In this document: piece by piece, positions 1-9,902 of the stretch
Numbering within the stretch: the first letter of the stretch is position 1
How the letters are laid out: each line of letters starts with the position of its first letter
NCBI GenBank assembly: GCA_031385045.1
Contig: JANNBC010000042.1
Location: forward strand, 1 to 35,197
DNA length: 35,197 nucleotides
DNA from: a bacterium
GTDB lineage: Bacteria > Bdellovibrionota_C > UBA2361 > CALJRW01
Direction of reading: 5' to 3'
Notes under the pieces: generated by a model
What the model was told of the DNA's origin: nothing
The model's database searches: none
The model's input: only the letters and a program-made list of their open reading frames with translations
Made by a program: the position numbers and the translations under genes

Positions 1-53
1 TCAACTAGTCGTATCGCCTCGTCTTTTATCTCCTGGCTTAGCTTTTTTCTCAT
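1..53 (-). CDS. IS3-family transposase OrfA, N-terminal fragment (partial)
   Basis: ATG at 53 preceded by AGGAG; translates MRKKLSQEIKDEAIRLV..., typical of the HTH_Tnp_1 start (RKxYSxEFKxEAVRLV). Not in the ORF track. Confidence 0.75.
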   Translation of the reverse strand, partial: MRKKLSQEIKDEAIRLV

Positions 54-140
54 CGTTTTCTCCTATTAAATTAAGCTTACCAAAATTGGTAAACTTAGTC
101 TTTTAATAGGAATTTCTGTCCAGAATAATGGCGAAGATCA
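1..140 (-). mobile_element. Left end of an IS3-family insertion sequence (truncated by window edge)
   Basis: Minus strand from 140 reads TGATCTTCGCCATTATTCTGGACAG, matching the TGATCTT...TGGACA pattern of the IS3 left inverted repeat; followed by SD AGGAG and an OrfA-like start. Confidence 0.8.
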
Positions 141-186
141 GCACATAATTTAGATAAGATCACTTTATTAAAGAAATTGCAGGGTT

Positions 187-2040
187 TTATTGAATTGAAG
201 TAAATATTTGAAATCTTCCAATTGTTTTATGATGTTTATACTTGCTCTTTAAATATCCATATATTTGAAAAAAGTTAGCACCTTCAAAGTTATAACTATA
301 GGAAGCACAATTGACTATAATGACATCAAAATTTAGGGATTGAAAATAACTATGACGCTCTTTAGTATTAGGAATAGATAGTTGGTCATAGAAAATCGGT
401 GTGTGATTCTTAATCTTAGCAAAATAATATACATCTGGTGCATCTGGAGTAACTAATATTTTTTTATTTGGAAAATCTTGATGAATTATATTCGTTAATT
501 CTGTAATATCCTGAACTTCTTTTTTAGAAAACCAAAGATTAGAGTCTCTTAAATTTAATCTTTGCATTTCACCACTGAAGATAGCCTTTGATATATTGAG
601 TATGTGAAAATCATTTCTAGTAAGAATTCCCGTCGAACCAAATAACAAACACAATAAAGTTATCACACCTATATATTTATATTTAAATAGAGAATTAATT
701 GATTTAGATTTCCTTATAAAAATGAATATTAACATTAATGGAAACGGATAAATCATGTAAACCAAATTAAAGAATGGAAACTGAATTAAAGAAAATAGGC
801 AGTAATATGTCGCAACCATTAAAGAGACTGGATCTGGGTCTTTTGAAAATATTAGCAAATGAAATATGAAAAGAAGTCCAATGAACGTAACACTTAAATA
901 GAAAGAATAAATTATGCCTATAGCGAATAAGGATAGAATTGAAATTGTAGTAAGAAAGATAGTATTAATAACATTGAAATATCTAACGGGTGAGCTGATA
1001 ATATATAATCTCTTGATTAGTAGAAACGCGCCACCCAATAGAAGATAGAGAATGATTGGTGGAGGGTGGGAATTGTATAAAGTTATCCGTCTCTCAGGAG
1101 CAAGAAAAAGACCATCTATTAAGAGTGGAAACTCTGAAAATTTATAGATTGATAAAAAATAAGTGGCTGTAATTAATAAAAACGGAATAATGAGAGCTGA
1201 GATTTGCAGTAGCAGATGGCTGATCACTTTTATATTCAGTTCGGAATGTTTATTGGTTAGATTAATAGTGGTATAAAAACTAAGAAAATAACAAGGTAAT
1301 AAGAATAATAGCACCGAAGTGGTGTTCATTGATATCTTGATCTTGCTAGTTAGAAGAAAGTTAAAAATAATTAAAGCTAAGATTACTCCGAATATGAAAA
1401 AAATTGAGAGCAGGTTTAGTTTATTATCTTCGGTATCGATATTGGTGGTGATTTTTGAAATATTGAAGTTAAGTATGAAAAAAATATTTGCAGCTAATAT
1501 AAATATTCCATTTATCTTTAAAAGTGTCGCTATGCCTATTAAAATACCGCTCATTACAATTAGAATTAGTCGGTGATTCTTAATATAGCTATGACTTAAA
1601 TAAATTACCCAAATTGTAATTAAGCTCATATACCAGCTAGGTATAGCATTAAAGTAACTAGGGAATGTAAGTAGGAATACTAATGATGTTAATATAAATG
1701 ACTGGATTGGAGAGAAATAATTTTTGAAAATTGAAAAAACTGGCCAAATCGTTATTAAGATACAAAAAAGTAAGGAATATCTTAAGTAAAGTAAGCTTTC
1801 ACCAAAGTAGCTAAAAATAAATGCATGAAAATACGCCAAGCCTCCGGTATATGGCTCATCAAAATTTATGAATGGTCTTTCTCCGCTTATTATTCGTTCT
1901 ACCGAATGACCAAGTTGGCCATCGTCTGAACCACCCCAAAAATACGGAGCTATAAAAAAACAGTATAGACCTATTAAGACTAATGATAGTAGAAAAGTAA
2001 TACGGTAATCTAAAATCAAATACCGTCTAAGATTAGTCAT
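187..2040 (-). CDS. Polytopic GT-C (ArnT/PMT-like) membrane glycosyltransferase
   Basis: Many TM segments; acidic motif in first loop (GGSDDGQLGHSVERIISGERPF..F..PYTGG); GxxxGIAxLLKxN motif; soluble C-terminal domain. Start ambiguous (2067, ATG 2040, or TTG 2019). Confidence 0.75.
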   Translation of the reverse strand: MTNLRRYLILDYRITFLLSLVLIGLYCFFIAPYFWGGSDDGQLGHSVERIISGERPFINFDEPYTGGLAYFHAFIFSYFGESLLYLRYSLLFCILITIWPVFSIFKNYFSPIQSFILTSLVFLLTFPSYFNAIPSWYMSLITIWVIYLSHSYIKNHRLILIVMSGILIGIATLLKINGIFILAANIFFILNFNISKITTNIDTEDNKLNLLSIFFIFGVILALIIFNFLLTSKIKISMNTTSVLLFLLPCYFLSFYTTINLTNKHSELNIKVISHLLLQISALIIPFLLITATYFLSIYKFSEFPLLIDGLFLAPERRITLYNSHPPPIILYLLLGGAFLLIKRLYIISSPVRYFNVINTIFLTTISILSLFAIGIIYSFYLSVTFIGLLFIFHLLIFSKDPDPVSLMVATYYCLFSLIQFPFFNLVYMIYPFPLMLIFIFIRKSKSINSLFKYKYIGVITLLCLLFGSTGILTRNDFHILNISKAIFSGEMQRLNLRDSNLWFSKKEVQDITELTNIIHQDFPNKKILVTPDAPDVYYFAKIKNHTPIFYDQLSIPNTKERHSYFQSLNFDVIIVNCASYSYNFEGANFFQIYGYLKSKYKHHKTIGRFQIFTSIQ

Positions 2041-2653
2041 GAAAATAAAGAATACAAAATTTGCCAACTTATTAGATATTCCATTGGTCTACTCCCTATG
2101 GCAAGCACCTTTTTATAAGCAAAAGGTATATCACTTGGTAAATGATCTTAAAACCGTAAATCATCCACTTCGGGTTTTAGATCTAGGATGTGGTCCTGGA
2201 ACAAATATCGAATTTTTTAAAGATCATCATTACACAGGAGTCGATTTAAATCCTAATTATATAAAAAGTATCAAACATGCCGCCGATAGGATACTGATTT
2301 GTTCTGATGTTAATTCTTTCCTAGAACAAGATAGTGGAAAATACGATATCATTCTGATCAACAGTCTTATGCATCATCTTGATACTAACGAAGTGACGCA
2401 ACTCTTAGGCAAATTATCTGATAAGCTTAATCATGATGCTAATGTTTATATTTTCGATTTGGTACTTCCTCTGAACGCTGGAGTTCCAAGGCTACTTACT
2501 AGTTTAGATCGAGGCAACTACCCTAGGGATTTTAATGTCTGGGTTGGGCTCTTTAATAATTTTTTAATGGCAGTAAGGATTGAAAAGTATTATTTAAAAC
2601 TTGGACCATTCAAATTTTGGGAAATGATTTATTTCAAAGGGTCTAAAAAATGA
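2039..2653 (+). CDS. Class I SAM-dependent methyltransferase
   Basis: VLDLGCGPG motif I, GVDLN motif II, YDIILINSLMHHL motif. Confidence 0.9.
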   Translation: MKIKNTKFANLLDIPLVYSLWQAPFYKQKVYHLVNDLKTVNHPLRVLDLGCGPGTNIEFFKDHHYTGVDLNPNYIKSIKHAADRILICSDVNSFLEQDSGKYDIILINSLMHHLDTNEVTQLLGKLSDKLNHDANVYIFDLVLPLNAGVPRLLTSLDRGNYPRDFNVWVGLFNNFLMAVRIEKYYLKLGPFKFWEMIYFKGSKK

Positions 2654-3624
2654 AGGAACTATGTCCTTTCTTTCTAAGTGTTGTCTGTCCTGTTTATAAC
2701 GAAGAAGGTTTGATTAGTATTTTTCTAAGAGAATTAACTGACAGCTTAGATATTCTCTCCCTTAGCATTATTAATAAATATGAAATAATTCTTATTGATG
2801 ATGGTAGCACGGATAATTCATTTCAAATAATACAAGATATTGCAATATTAAATCCTCAAATCAAGTGCTTATCATTATCTAGAAATTTCGGTCATCAAAA
2901 AGCAATTAATTGTGGATTGGTGTATGCACAAGGAGATGCCGTCGTAATGATGGATTCAGACTTTCAGGATCATCCACAGGATTTAAAAAAGCTTTTAGAT
3001 AAGTATTTGGAGGGTTATGACGTCGTCTATGCAATTAGAACAAAAAGAAAAGAAGATTTACGTTTACGCTTCATGTATTTCTTATATTATCGCTTCTTGA
3101 ATTTAATTTCTTATCAGGAAATGCCATTAGATGCAGGTGATTTTTCAATCTTTAGTAAGAAAATATGCCGATTTATTGCTGATTCACCAGAGTCATACAA
3201 ATATATTCGTGGCTTAAGAGCCTGGGTTGGATTTAAACAAACTGGTATTTTACTGGAAAGACATTCACGTTACTCTGGTAAAAGTAAATATTCGCTCTTA
3301 AAACTTATTTTACTCGCGAGTAGCGGTCTCTGTTCATTTTCATTACTACCTTTAAGACTTGCCAGCCTCTTAGGCCTTGGATTGATTGCTTTATCTAGTT
3401 GCTTCCTATTGTACACAATATTTATAAAGTTCTTCTTGGGCTCTACTCCCATCGGTTATACCTCACTGATCTTTTTGATTGTAACAGTTTTTGGTGTTAA
3501 TCTGCTTATATTAGGAATTATTGGGGAATACATTGGTCGAATATATGAGGAAGTCAAACGCCGACCTCAGTTCATTGTTAGTCATAGTATAAATATTAAA
3601 GTAGATGAAGAAAAGTTATGTTGA
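2650..3624 (+). CDS. GT2 polyprenol-phosphate glycosyltransferase (GtrB/ArnC/YkoT-like)
   Basis: SVVCPVYNEE, IDDGSTD, LSRNFGHQ, MDSDFQD, two C-terminal TM helices and GIIGEYIGRIYEEVKRRP; ATGA overlap with upstream gene. Confidence 0.93.
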   Translation: MKELCPFFLSVVCPVYNEEGLISIFLRELTDSLDILSLSIINKYEIILIDDGSTDNSFQIIQDIAILNPQIKCLSLSRNFGHQKAINCGLVYAQGDAVVMMDSDFQDHPQDLKKLLDKYLEGYDVVYAIRTKRKEDLRLRFMYFLYYRFLNLISYQEMPLDAGDFSIFSKKICRFIADSPESYKYIRGLRAWVGFKQTGILLERHSRYSGKSKYSLLKLILLASSGLCSFSLLPLRLASLLGLGLIALSSCFLLYTIFIKFFLGSTPIGYTSLIFLIVTVFGVNLLILGIIGEYIGRIYEEVKRRPQFIVSHSINIKVDEEKLC

Positions 3625-4306
3625 AGAATATGATAGTCTAAGTGAAACCCACTGGTGGTGGATTAGTCGTAATAATTTTGTTTTGAATAAATTATCGAGT
3701 CTAATTCTCTCTAATCTTGAAATATTAGATGTCGGTTGTGGTTCTGGTACATTATCTAAAGAATTACTTAGATTTGGAGTGCTGACGGCGATCGAACCAG
3801 ATCCTGATTTATATCAAAAAATTAAAATAGTGCCTGCGGATATTCAAAACTGCGACTTATTTGCTTTTAAAACATTTAAAAACTTTGATCTAATTGTTAT
3901 GCTTGATGTCCTTGAACATATTTCTGATGATATTGCAGCAATTCAAAAGTTAGCAACTTTACTTAAGCCAAATGGTTTGGTCTTTTTAAATGTACCTGCC
4001 TATAATTCTTTATGGTCTAGGCATGATGAGCTTAATTATCATTATCGTAGGTATCACCGGGAAGAACTAGAAGCAAAATTTAGTAATCAAGGCTTTAAGA
4101 TTCTTGAATGTCGTTATACATTTGCTAGTCTGTTTTTTCTTAAAAAAATATTCTTATTGATTGAGAAATATCAGGGTAATCCTAAGCAAACAATCAGAAT
4201 TCCCAAGAGTTTAAACAAACTCTTGATTCATTACTTTGAGCTAGAAAATTTAATAGTTAACTGCAAGTTTGGAAGTTCTGTTTTTTTAGTTGCAAAAAAA
4301 ATATAA
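3605..4306 (+). CDS. Class I SAM-dependent methyltransferase (HWW..R / HxRRY type often beside GtrB-like genes)
   Basis: HWWWISR, ILDVGCGSG, LDVLEHI, VPAYNSLWSRHDELNYHYRRY. Confidence 0.9.
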   Translation: MKKSYVEEYDSLSETHWWWISRNNFVLNKLSSLILSNLEILDVGCGSGTLSKELLRFGVLTAIEPDPDLYQKIKIVPADIQNCDLFAFKTFKNFDLIVMLDVLEHISDDIAAIQKLATLLKPNGLVFLNVPAYNSLWSRHDELNYHYRRYHREELEAKFSNQGFKILECRYTFASLFFLKKIFLLIEKYQGNPKQTIRIPKSLNKLLIHYFELENLIVNCKFGSSVFLVAKKI

Positions 4307-4369
4307 GACTAGTTAGTGCTAAGATCTAGTCCGAGACATGTATTTTAAGCGACTTAGTATTTTTCGAGC

Positions 4370-5578
4370 TTAAATGATCTCAATGTTACTATTCTTAGCT
4401 GAAATTCTGTTGGTTGTTAAAATTGCCATAAGCAAAATTAACAGAAACGTTGGTTGAAATGGAAAATCTTTACTCCAAAGATTAAGCCACGATATGCAAA
4501 TCATAATGATGTATAGTTGAGGTGATATTTTACCAGCAAGAAAAACCCCAGCGATGAGAGTAAGTCCAGCGTCATAATATAAGGCATGTGGCGAAATGAT
4601 AACAATTAAGCATGAGGTCAGAGCTAGGCAGGCGCTCAGCTTAAATTGATGGTTTCTTTTCCAGAAGATCCAAAGCCCAATAAACAGTCCTATTGAAACT
4701 GTCCTACTAACTATCAAATAGTTTGAGTTCTGGTTTCCTAGGATTCTTTGAGCAAAGGCCTGCAGTGTAACAAAGTTATGCAAGTTGGCAATCTGATCCA
4801 AGTTAACAAAAGGTAGAACACCATCCTGAAGCCACCACCTAGGCCAATACCAGCCACCAATGGAAGTACTTAGCAGATAAAAAATAAGGATTATTGGTAA
4901 GAATCCGATCAGAATTTTAAACTTTTTACTCGCTAAGAATAAGACTACAACGGGTAGTGCAAATTGGATCTTAAACATCCAGAGCCCAAGGAAAAGGCCA
5001 GATTTGATTGGCTTATTAATCTTTAAAAAGTAGCTACTTGCTGTAAAGCAGAGTAGGCTTAATGCCGTATTTTGCCCTCCAAAAACAGCTCTTAGGATTG
5101 GGTAAAATAAAAGAGAGAGCATGAATAATTGAAATGTGTGAATTCCGAGCTTAGGGAATAATTTCTTAAGATAGTTAGAAGATAAGTAAAGAGATCCTAG
5201 CATTAGTAAACTATATAGGGCATAGGCTACTTTATAGGGAAGCATTGCTAATGGTGAAATAATCACTGCCACAAAGGGCGGGTAGGCATAGATTAGATAT
5301 CCTTTAGAAACATCGGATGCAAGAAATTGCGATTGATTGTCTTGGTGGGTTTTGGGGTCGTAAAGCCTCTCACTCTCCCCTGAGTTGATGATCATTCCAG
5401 CACTATAAAATGCTGGAAAGTCCCCTCCAACTCTTCCATTGATAATTGTTTGATTATTGTTTGAGAAAAAGCAGATGATTGCAAATGCTAGTAAAATGCC
5501 AATGAAGTAAGCAGTTAATGCTAGGTGCTTTTGTCTTGCAGAAGGAGGGATTAAGCCAAGTATTCTTTGATTCTGCAT
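4370..5578 (-). CDS. Glycosyltransferase family 87 (DUF2029-like) GT-C protein
   Basis: GGDFPAFY, YAYPP, GQN, FKIQF and PHALYYD motifs characteristic of GT87; ATG at 5578 preferred over 5644. Confidence 0.85.
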   Translation of the reverse strand: MQNQRILGLIPPSARQKHLALTAYFIGILLAFAIICFFSNNNQTIINGRVGGDFPAFYSAGMIINSGESERLYDPKTHQDNQSQFLASDVSKGYLIYAYPPFVAVIISPLAMLPYKVAYALYSLLMLGSLYLSSNYLKKLFPKLGIHTFQLFMLSLLFYPILRAVFGGQNTALSLLCFTASSYFLKINKPIKSGLFLGLWMFKIQFALPVVVLFLASKKFKILIGFLPIILIFYLLSTSIGGWYWPRWWLQDGVLPFVNLDQIANLHNFVTLQAFAQRILGNQNSNYLIVSRTVSIGLFIGLWIFWKRNHQFKLSACLALTSCLIVIISPHALYYDAGLTLIAGVFLAGKISPQLYIIMICISWLNLWSKDFPFQPTFLLILLMAILTTNRISAKNSNIEII

Positions 5579-5743
5579 ATTTATTTGGAGAGTGATTCTC
5601 GAACTATACAACAGAAAATTAGATTTAAATCTACGCTTTGGCAATCGGCAATGTGAGATTCTCGGCTTAGGATTTAATATTTTTTATTTGAAGTAAAGAT
5701 ACTTAAAGTGAAAATAGGAATGATTAGTGGAAGTTTTTGATAC

Positions 5744-5769
5744 AAAAAAAGCCCTATAAATAGGGCTTT
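5744..5769 (-). terminator. Intrinsic terminator of histone-like gene
   Basis: Minus strand AAAGCCCTA-TTTA-TAGGGCTTTTTTT: stem-loop followed by a U-run. Confidence 0.8.
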
Positions 5770-5790
5770 AACATGACAAGAAAGAATTAA

Positions 5791-6015
5791 CTACTTCTTC
5801 TTGGCAACTGTTTTTTTCTTAGCTACTGGCTTTTTAGCAACAGCTTTTTTAGCAACTGTTTTTTTCTTAGCAGCTGGTTTTTTAGCTACAACAGCTTTTT
5901 TAACAGCAGGCTTTTTAGCAGCTGGTTTTTTTGCAACAGCTTTTTTAACAGCAGGTTTTTTTGCAACAGTTTTTTTAGCTACTGGTTTCTTAGCAGCTGG
6001 TTTTTTAGTGGCCAT
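5791..6015 (-). CDS. Histone H1-like Lys/Ala-rich nucleoid protein (Hc2/AlgP-like repeats)
   Basis: 74 aa of AKKP/VAKK repeats; SD GGAG upstream; terminator downstream. Confidence 0.85.
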   Translation of the reverse strand: MATKKPAAKKPVAKKTVAKKPAVKKAVAKKPAAKKPAVKKAVVAKKPAAKKKTVAKKAVAKKPVAKKKTVAKKK

Positions 6016-6253
6016 GACTAAATTTCTCCATTAATTATTATACAAAAAACTTTTGTATAAAAAATCAAACTAAACAAACGTTTGATAAGTTTTTTAAAAA
6101 CCGAAACTAGTTCGGTATCACTAAAGTTGATAATGACATCGACTTAGTGCCTTGGCAATATGTTTTTTTTAGGGGGTAAAGATTTTTTTTTAGGAGGTAC
6201 TTTGGGAGGGGGTGTCCCCCTACTGTTTCTCTCCTAAAAAAGTGTGGCAAGTT

Positions 6254-8887
6254 TTAGTGAAAACCCATACTGGACGGATCGTTTTGCAATCTAACTTCAA
6301 TTTGATCAGCAACTAAATCCACAAAAATTATCTGACCAATAACTTTGTCCGACTCTAAAAGTTTGCGAGCGATTTTTGTTTCCAGCACTCTTTGCAGATA
6401 TCTTTTTAGTGGTCTTGCCCCATACACAGTGTCATATCCAACCTTCGCAAAATGTTCTTTGGCTTCTTCTGAGACGACAATTTTTAGATTGCGATCGCTT
6501 AATCTTTGGTCTAGATCACTAATTAGTAAGTCTACTATCTGCTTGATTTCATTAGCTAATAATGGCTTAAATAAAACTGTCTCGTCAATTCTATTTAAGA
6601 ATTCCGGACGAAATGTTTTTCTTAACTCCTGTAAAACTTCTTGCCGGACAGATTCTTTAATTGAACCATTCGAATCAATTCCATGAAGCAAGTATTCCGA
6701 ACCAAGATTAGAAGTCATGATAATAATCGTGTTTTTGAAGTCGACTAAATGTCCTTGGCTATCTGTAATCCGCCCATCATCTAGGATTTGTAAAAGAATA
6801 TTAAAGACCTCAGGATGGGCCTTCTCAATCTCATCAAAAAGGATCACTGAATAAGGTTTCCGCCTAACTGCCTCAGTCAATTGTCCGCCTTCATCATAGC
6901 CCACATACCCGGGAGGAGCGCCAATTAATCGGGAAACAGCAAACTTTTCCATGTATTCGGACATATCTATGCGGATAATATTGCTCTCCGAATCAAATAA
7001 AGTCCGAGCAATTGCTTTAGCTAATTCTGTTTTTCCTACTCCAGTTGGCCCTAAAAAGATAAAGGAACCGATTGGTCTACGAGGATCTTTTATCCCGGCC
7101 CTTGCACGCACCACAGCATCCGCTACTAACTGCACAGCCTCTTCTTGACCAATTACTTGCTCCCCAAGTTCAGTGGTAAGATTTAGGAGTTTTTTCTTCT
7201 CCCCTTCAACTAATTTGCTAATTGGAATACCAGTCCATTTGGCAACAACATCGGCAATTTCATTTTCAGTAACGACTTCTTTAAACAGATTATTTTCCGT
7301 TCCTAGAGCCTCTTGAATAGCTTCCAGACTTGCTAATTTCTTCTCAAGTTCAGGTAAAATACCATGAGTTAATTCAGCCGCTTTACTTAAGTCATATACT
7401 CGTGTGGCGGATTCAATTTGGTGCTTAGTTTGGTCTATCTTTTCTTTTAACTCTTTAATTTGAGTTAATTTATCCTTCTCCCCTGACCATTTTACATTCA
7501 TTGTTTGGGACTCGGAGTTTAGTAACGAAAGATCTGCTTTTAGTTTAGCTAGACGTTCTAAGCTTGCTGGATCTTGTTCTTTTAAGAGTGCTTGTTCTTC
7601 AATTTCTAGTTGAGTAATCTTGCGGTTAATTAGATCCAGCTCGGCAGGTAAAGAGTCAATTTCAATGCGGATTGAAGCACAGGCTTCATCCATCAGATCA
7701 ATAGCCTTATCAGGTAAAAAACGCTCCGTAATATATCTATTAGATAGAACAGCAGCGGCGATTAATGCTTTGTCTTGAATTCTAACACCATGGTGAACCT
7801 CAAAGCGGTCTTTGATACCTCTTAATATGGAAATTGTATCTTCCACGCTTGGTTGTTCCACAAGCACAGTCTGAAATCTTCTTTCTAAGGCTTTATCTTT
7901 TTCGATATACTTACGGTACTCCTCTAATGTTGTAGCTCCAATACAGTGCAATTCTCCTCTAGCTAAGAGGGGCTTTAGCATATTACCAGCATCTAATGCT
8001 CCATCGGAACGACCTGCACCAACAATTGTATGTAGTTCATCGATAAATAGGATAATTCTTCCCTCAGAGGATTTAACTTCTTCCAGTACTGCCTTCAGTC
8101 GCTCTTCAAATTCCCCGCGAAATTTAGCGCCAGCTACTAAGGCTCCAAGATCTAGGGAGAAAATGGTTTTATCCTTTAGGCCTTCCGGAACATCTCCGCG
8201 GTAAATTCTTTGTGCAAGGCCTTCGGCGATCGCTGTCTTTCCTACTCCAGGATCGCCGATTAGAACAGGATTGTTTTTAGTTTTGCGGGAAAGGATTTTA
8301 ATTACACGACGAATCTCTTCGTCACGCCCAATAACCGGATCTGTTTTGCCGTTAACAACCTCTTGTACTAAGTCTCGACCATATTTATTCAAGACATCGT
8401 AAGTTTCCTCTGCATTAGGGGAAGTAATCTTCCTAGAACCTCTAAATTCTTTCAGTGTAGCTAGAAAGACTTGCTCCGATATATTAAATTTAGCGAACAC
8501 CTTAAAGATATTCTCTGGTTGCTTGTCTTTTAGGAATTGTAAGATGAAGTGTTCGATGGCAATTAACTGATCTCCTAAAGCTTTTGCTGGAATCTCTGCT
8601 TTTAGTAAAATCTTATTCAGACTATTGCTGTAAGTTAGCTGGCTGTTGTTAGCTCCTGAGCCAGTAATCTGAGGTAGCTTATCAAACTCGGCTTTGATTG
8701 CAGATTGAAAATCGCTTAAGGGGACTTTTAGCTTACTAAGGATAGCGGAGAGAATATTATTTTCAGTCTCTAACGTCGCTAGTATTAAATGCTCCAAGGT
8801 TACTTCTTGGTGATTATTCTGCAAGGCCATTGCTTGCGCCTTAGTTAAGACTTCGTTTGTGTGGTAGGTAAGTTTTTCTTGATTCAT
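6254..8887 (-). CDS. clpB: ATP-dependent chaperone ClpB
   Basis: Clp N domain, Walker A GDPGVGKT and GPTGVGKT, long coiled-coil M domain, [17 protein letters not shown]. Confidence 0.97.
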   Translation of the reverse strand: MNQEKLTYHTNEVLTKAQAMALQNNHQEVTLEHLILATLETENNILSAILSKLKVPLSDFQSAIKAEFDKLPQITGSGANNSQLTYSNSLNKILLKAEIPAKALGDQLIAIEHFILQFLKDKQPENIFKVFAKFNISEQVFLATLKEFRGSRKITSPNAEETYDVLNKYGRDLVQEVVNGKTDPVIGRDEEIRRVIKILSRKTKNNPVLIGDPGVGKTAIAEGLAQRIYRGDVPEGLKDKTIFSLDLGALVAGAKFRGEFEERLKAVLEEVKSSEGRIILFIDELHTIVGAGRSDGALDAGNMLKPLLARGELHCIGATTLEEYRKYIEKDKALERRFQTVLVEQPSVEDTISILRGIKDRFEVHHGVRIQDKALIAAAVLSNRYITERFLPDKAIDLMDEACASIRIEIDSLPAELDLINRKITQLEIEEQALLKEQDPASLERLAKLKADLSLLNSESQTMNVKWSGEKDKLTQIKELKEKIDQTKHQIESATRVYDLSKAAELTHGILPELEKKLASLEAIQEALGTENNLFKEVVTENEIADVVAKWTGIPISKLVEGEKKKLLNLTTELGEQVIGQEEAVQLVADAVVRARAGIKDPRRPIGSFIFLGPTGVGKTELAKAIARTLFDSESNIIRIDMSEYMEKFAVSRLIGAPPGYVGYDEGGQLTEAVRRKPYSVILFDEIEKAHPEVFNILLQILDDGRITDSQGHLVDFKNTIIIMTSNLGSEYLLHGIDSNGSIKESVRQEVLQELRKTFRPEFLNRIDETVLFKPLLANEIKQIVDLLISDLDQRLSDRNLKIVVSEEAKEHFAKVGYDTVYGARPLKRYLQRVLETKIARKLLESDKVIGQIIFVDLVADQIEVRLQNDPSSMGFH

Positions 8888-9015
8888 ACCTAATATTTAA
8901 GCATCGAATGACAATTTTTCAAGGTGCTTAGTGAGCGAATCTATAATCTGTGTCAGCCAATATTAAGAAAATTAATTGGAAGTCCACTTGAAGGTCAGAT
9001 GATTGGTACTACTGT

Positions 9016-9579
9016 TTAATTTACAACTTTGATTTTAAAATGAATCTCATCAATTGAGTCATCTTTAAATCCTTTTAGGTGAAGGATAGTTCCATTTGAT
9101 ACTTTAGGTGGAATGGATATCTTAAGTTTTTTTTCTTTGAGAATTTCATTTCCAAGACTATCTTGATCGATAATTTGAAAGGCGAACTCCTGATAACCAC
9201 CATCTTCCGCCAGCGTCCTACTTAACTCTAGGTCGGAATAAAATTTATGGGGCATATTCTGAGTTAATTTTTTAATAACTTGGATGATTAGGGGCCAATA
9301 CCGCTCTTTGTATTTGGTAATAAGAGATACTGGATGTCTGGATTCTCTGGATTTAGTCTTGTTGGGCTTAATTGACCTATCGTGTAGCTCCCTCAGTCGA
9401 GGATTTGTTAGTACTTTGTAAGCCTCATTGATTTCACGAAAGTCAGCCGAAAAATTATTCTTTCTGGATAGGTCGGGATGAAGTTTAAGTGCTAGACGAC
9501 GATAGGCAATGGTTAGCTCTTTTTTGGAGGCGGAAGATGGAACTCCGAGTAATGTATAGTAGTTTTTTGCCGAATGCAT
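9016..9579 (-). CDS. J-domain (DnaJ/CbpA-like) protein with short degenerate C-terminal domain
   Basis: NYYTLLGV...AYRRLALKLHPD...FREINEAYKVL; C-terminal LKISIPPKVSNGTILHLKG resembles DnaJ_C. Confidence 0.85.
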   Translation of the reverse strand: MHSAKNYYTLLGVPSSASKKELTIAYRRLALKLHPDLSRKNNFSADFREINEAYKVLTNPRLRELHDRSIKPNKTKSRESRHPVSLITKYKERYWPLIIQVIKKLTQNMPHKFYSDLELSRTLAEDGGYQEFAFQIIDQDSLGNEILKEKKLKISIPPKVSNGTILHLKGFKDDSIDEIHFKIKVVN

Positions 9580-9652
9580 ACAGCTAAAATAACCAATAAT
9601 TGCTTTTTTGGATACTAGGAAAGCTAATTAGACTTGATTTGTGTTGGAAGAG

Positions 9653-9726
9653 TAGCGACGGGTAGGATCGAACTACCGACCTCAGCGTTATGAATGCTGC
9701 GCTCTAACCATCTGAGCTACGTCGCC
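9653..9726 (-). tRNA. tRNA-Met (CAT), elongator type; CCA not encoded
   Basis: GGCGACGTAGCTCAGATGGTTAGAGCGCAGCATTCATAACGCTGAGGTCGGTAGTTCGATCCTACCCGTCGCTA folds as a cloverleaf; no GGG/CCC initiator anticodon stem. Confidence 0.93.
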
Positions 9727-9902
9727 ATATCATGGAATAAATACTATAAACACTTAAATAATTCAAATCTGTAGCTTGAGAGTTAGGCACTATCAATTTA
9801 GCACGATAATAAAAGTTTACTATCCTAACCCAGCATTTTATCCTTAATTTTATAGCCTGTACTAAACCATAATTATTTTATAAATTAACCAAGTCAAAGA
9901 GT

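Noticed and set aside
5801..6034. 77-aa hydrophobic plus-strand ORF (MATVFFLATGF...)
   Set aside because: Antisense shadow of the repetitive histone-like gene, which has the SD and terminator.
8888..8935. CIRCE or heat-shock promoter upstream of clpB
   Set aside because: AAGCATC...GGTGCTT does not fit TTAGCACTC-N9-GAGTGCTAA; CTTGAAA is present but there is no clear sigma32 -10 box.
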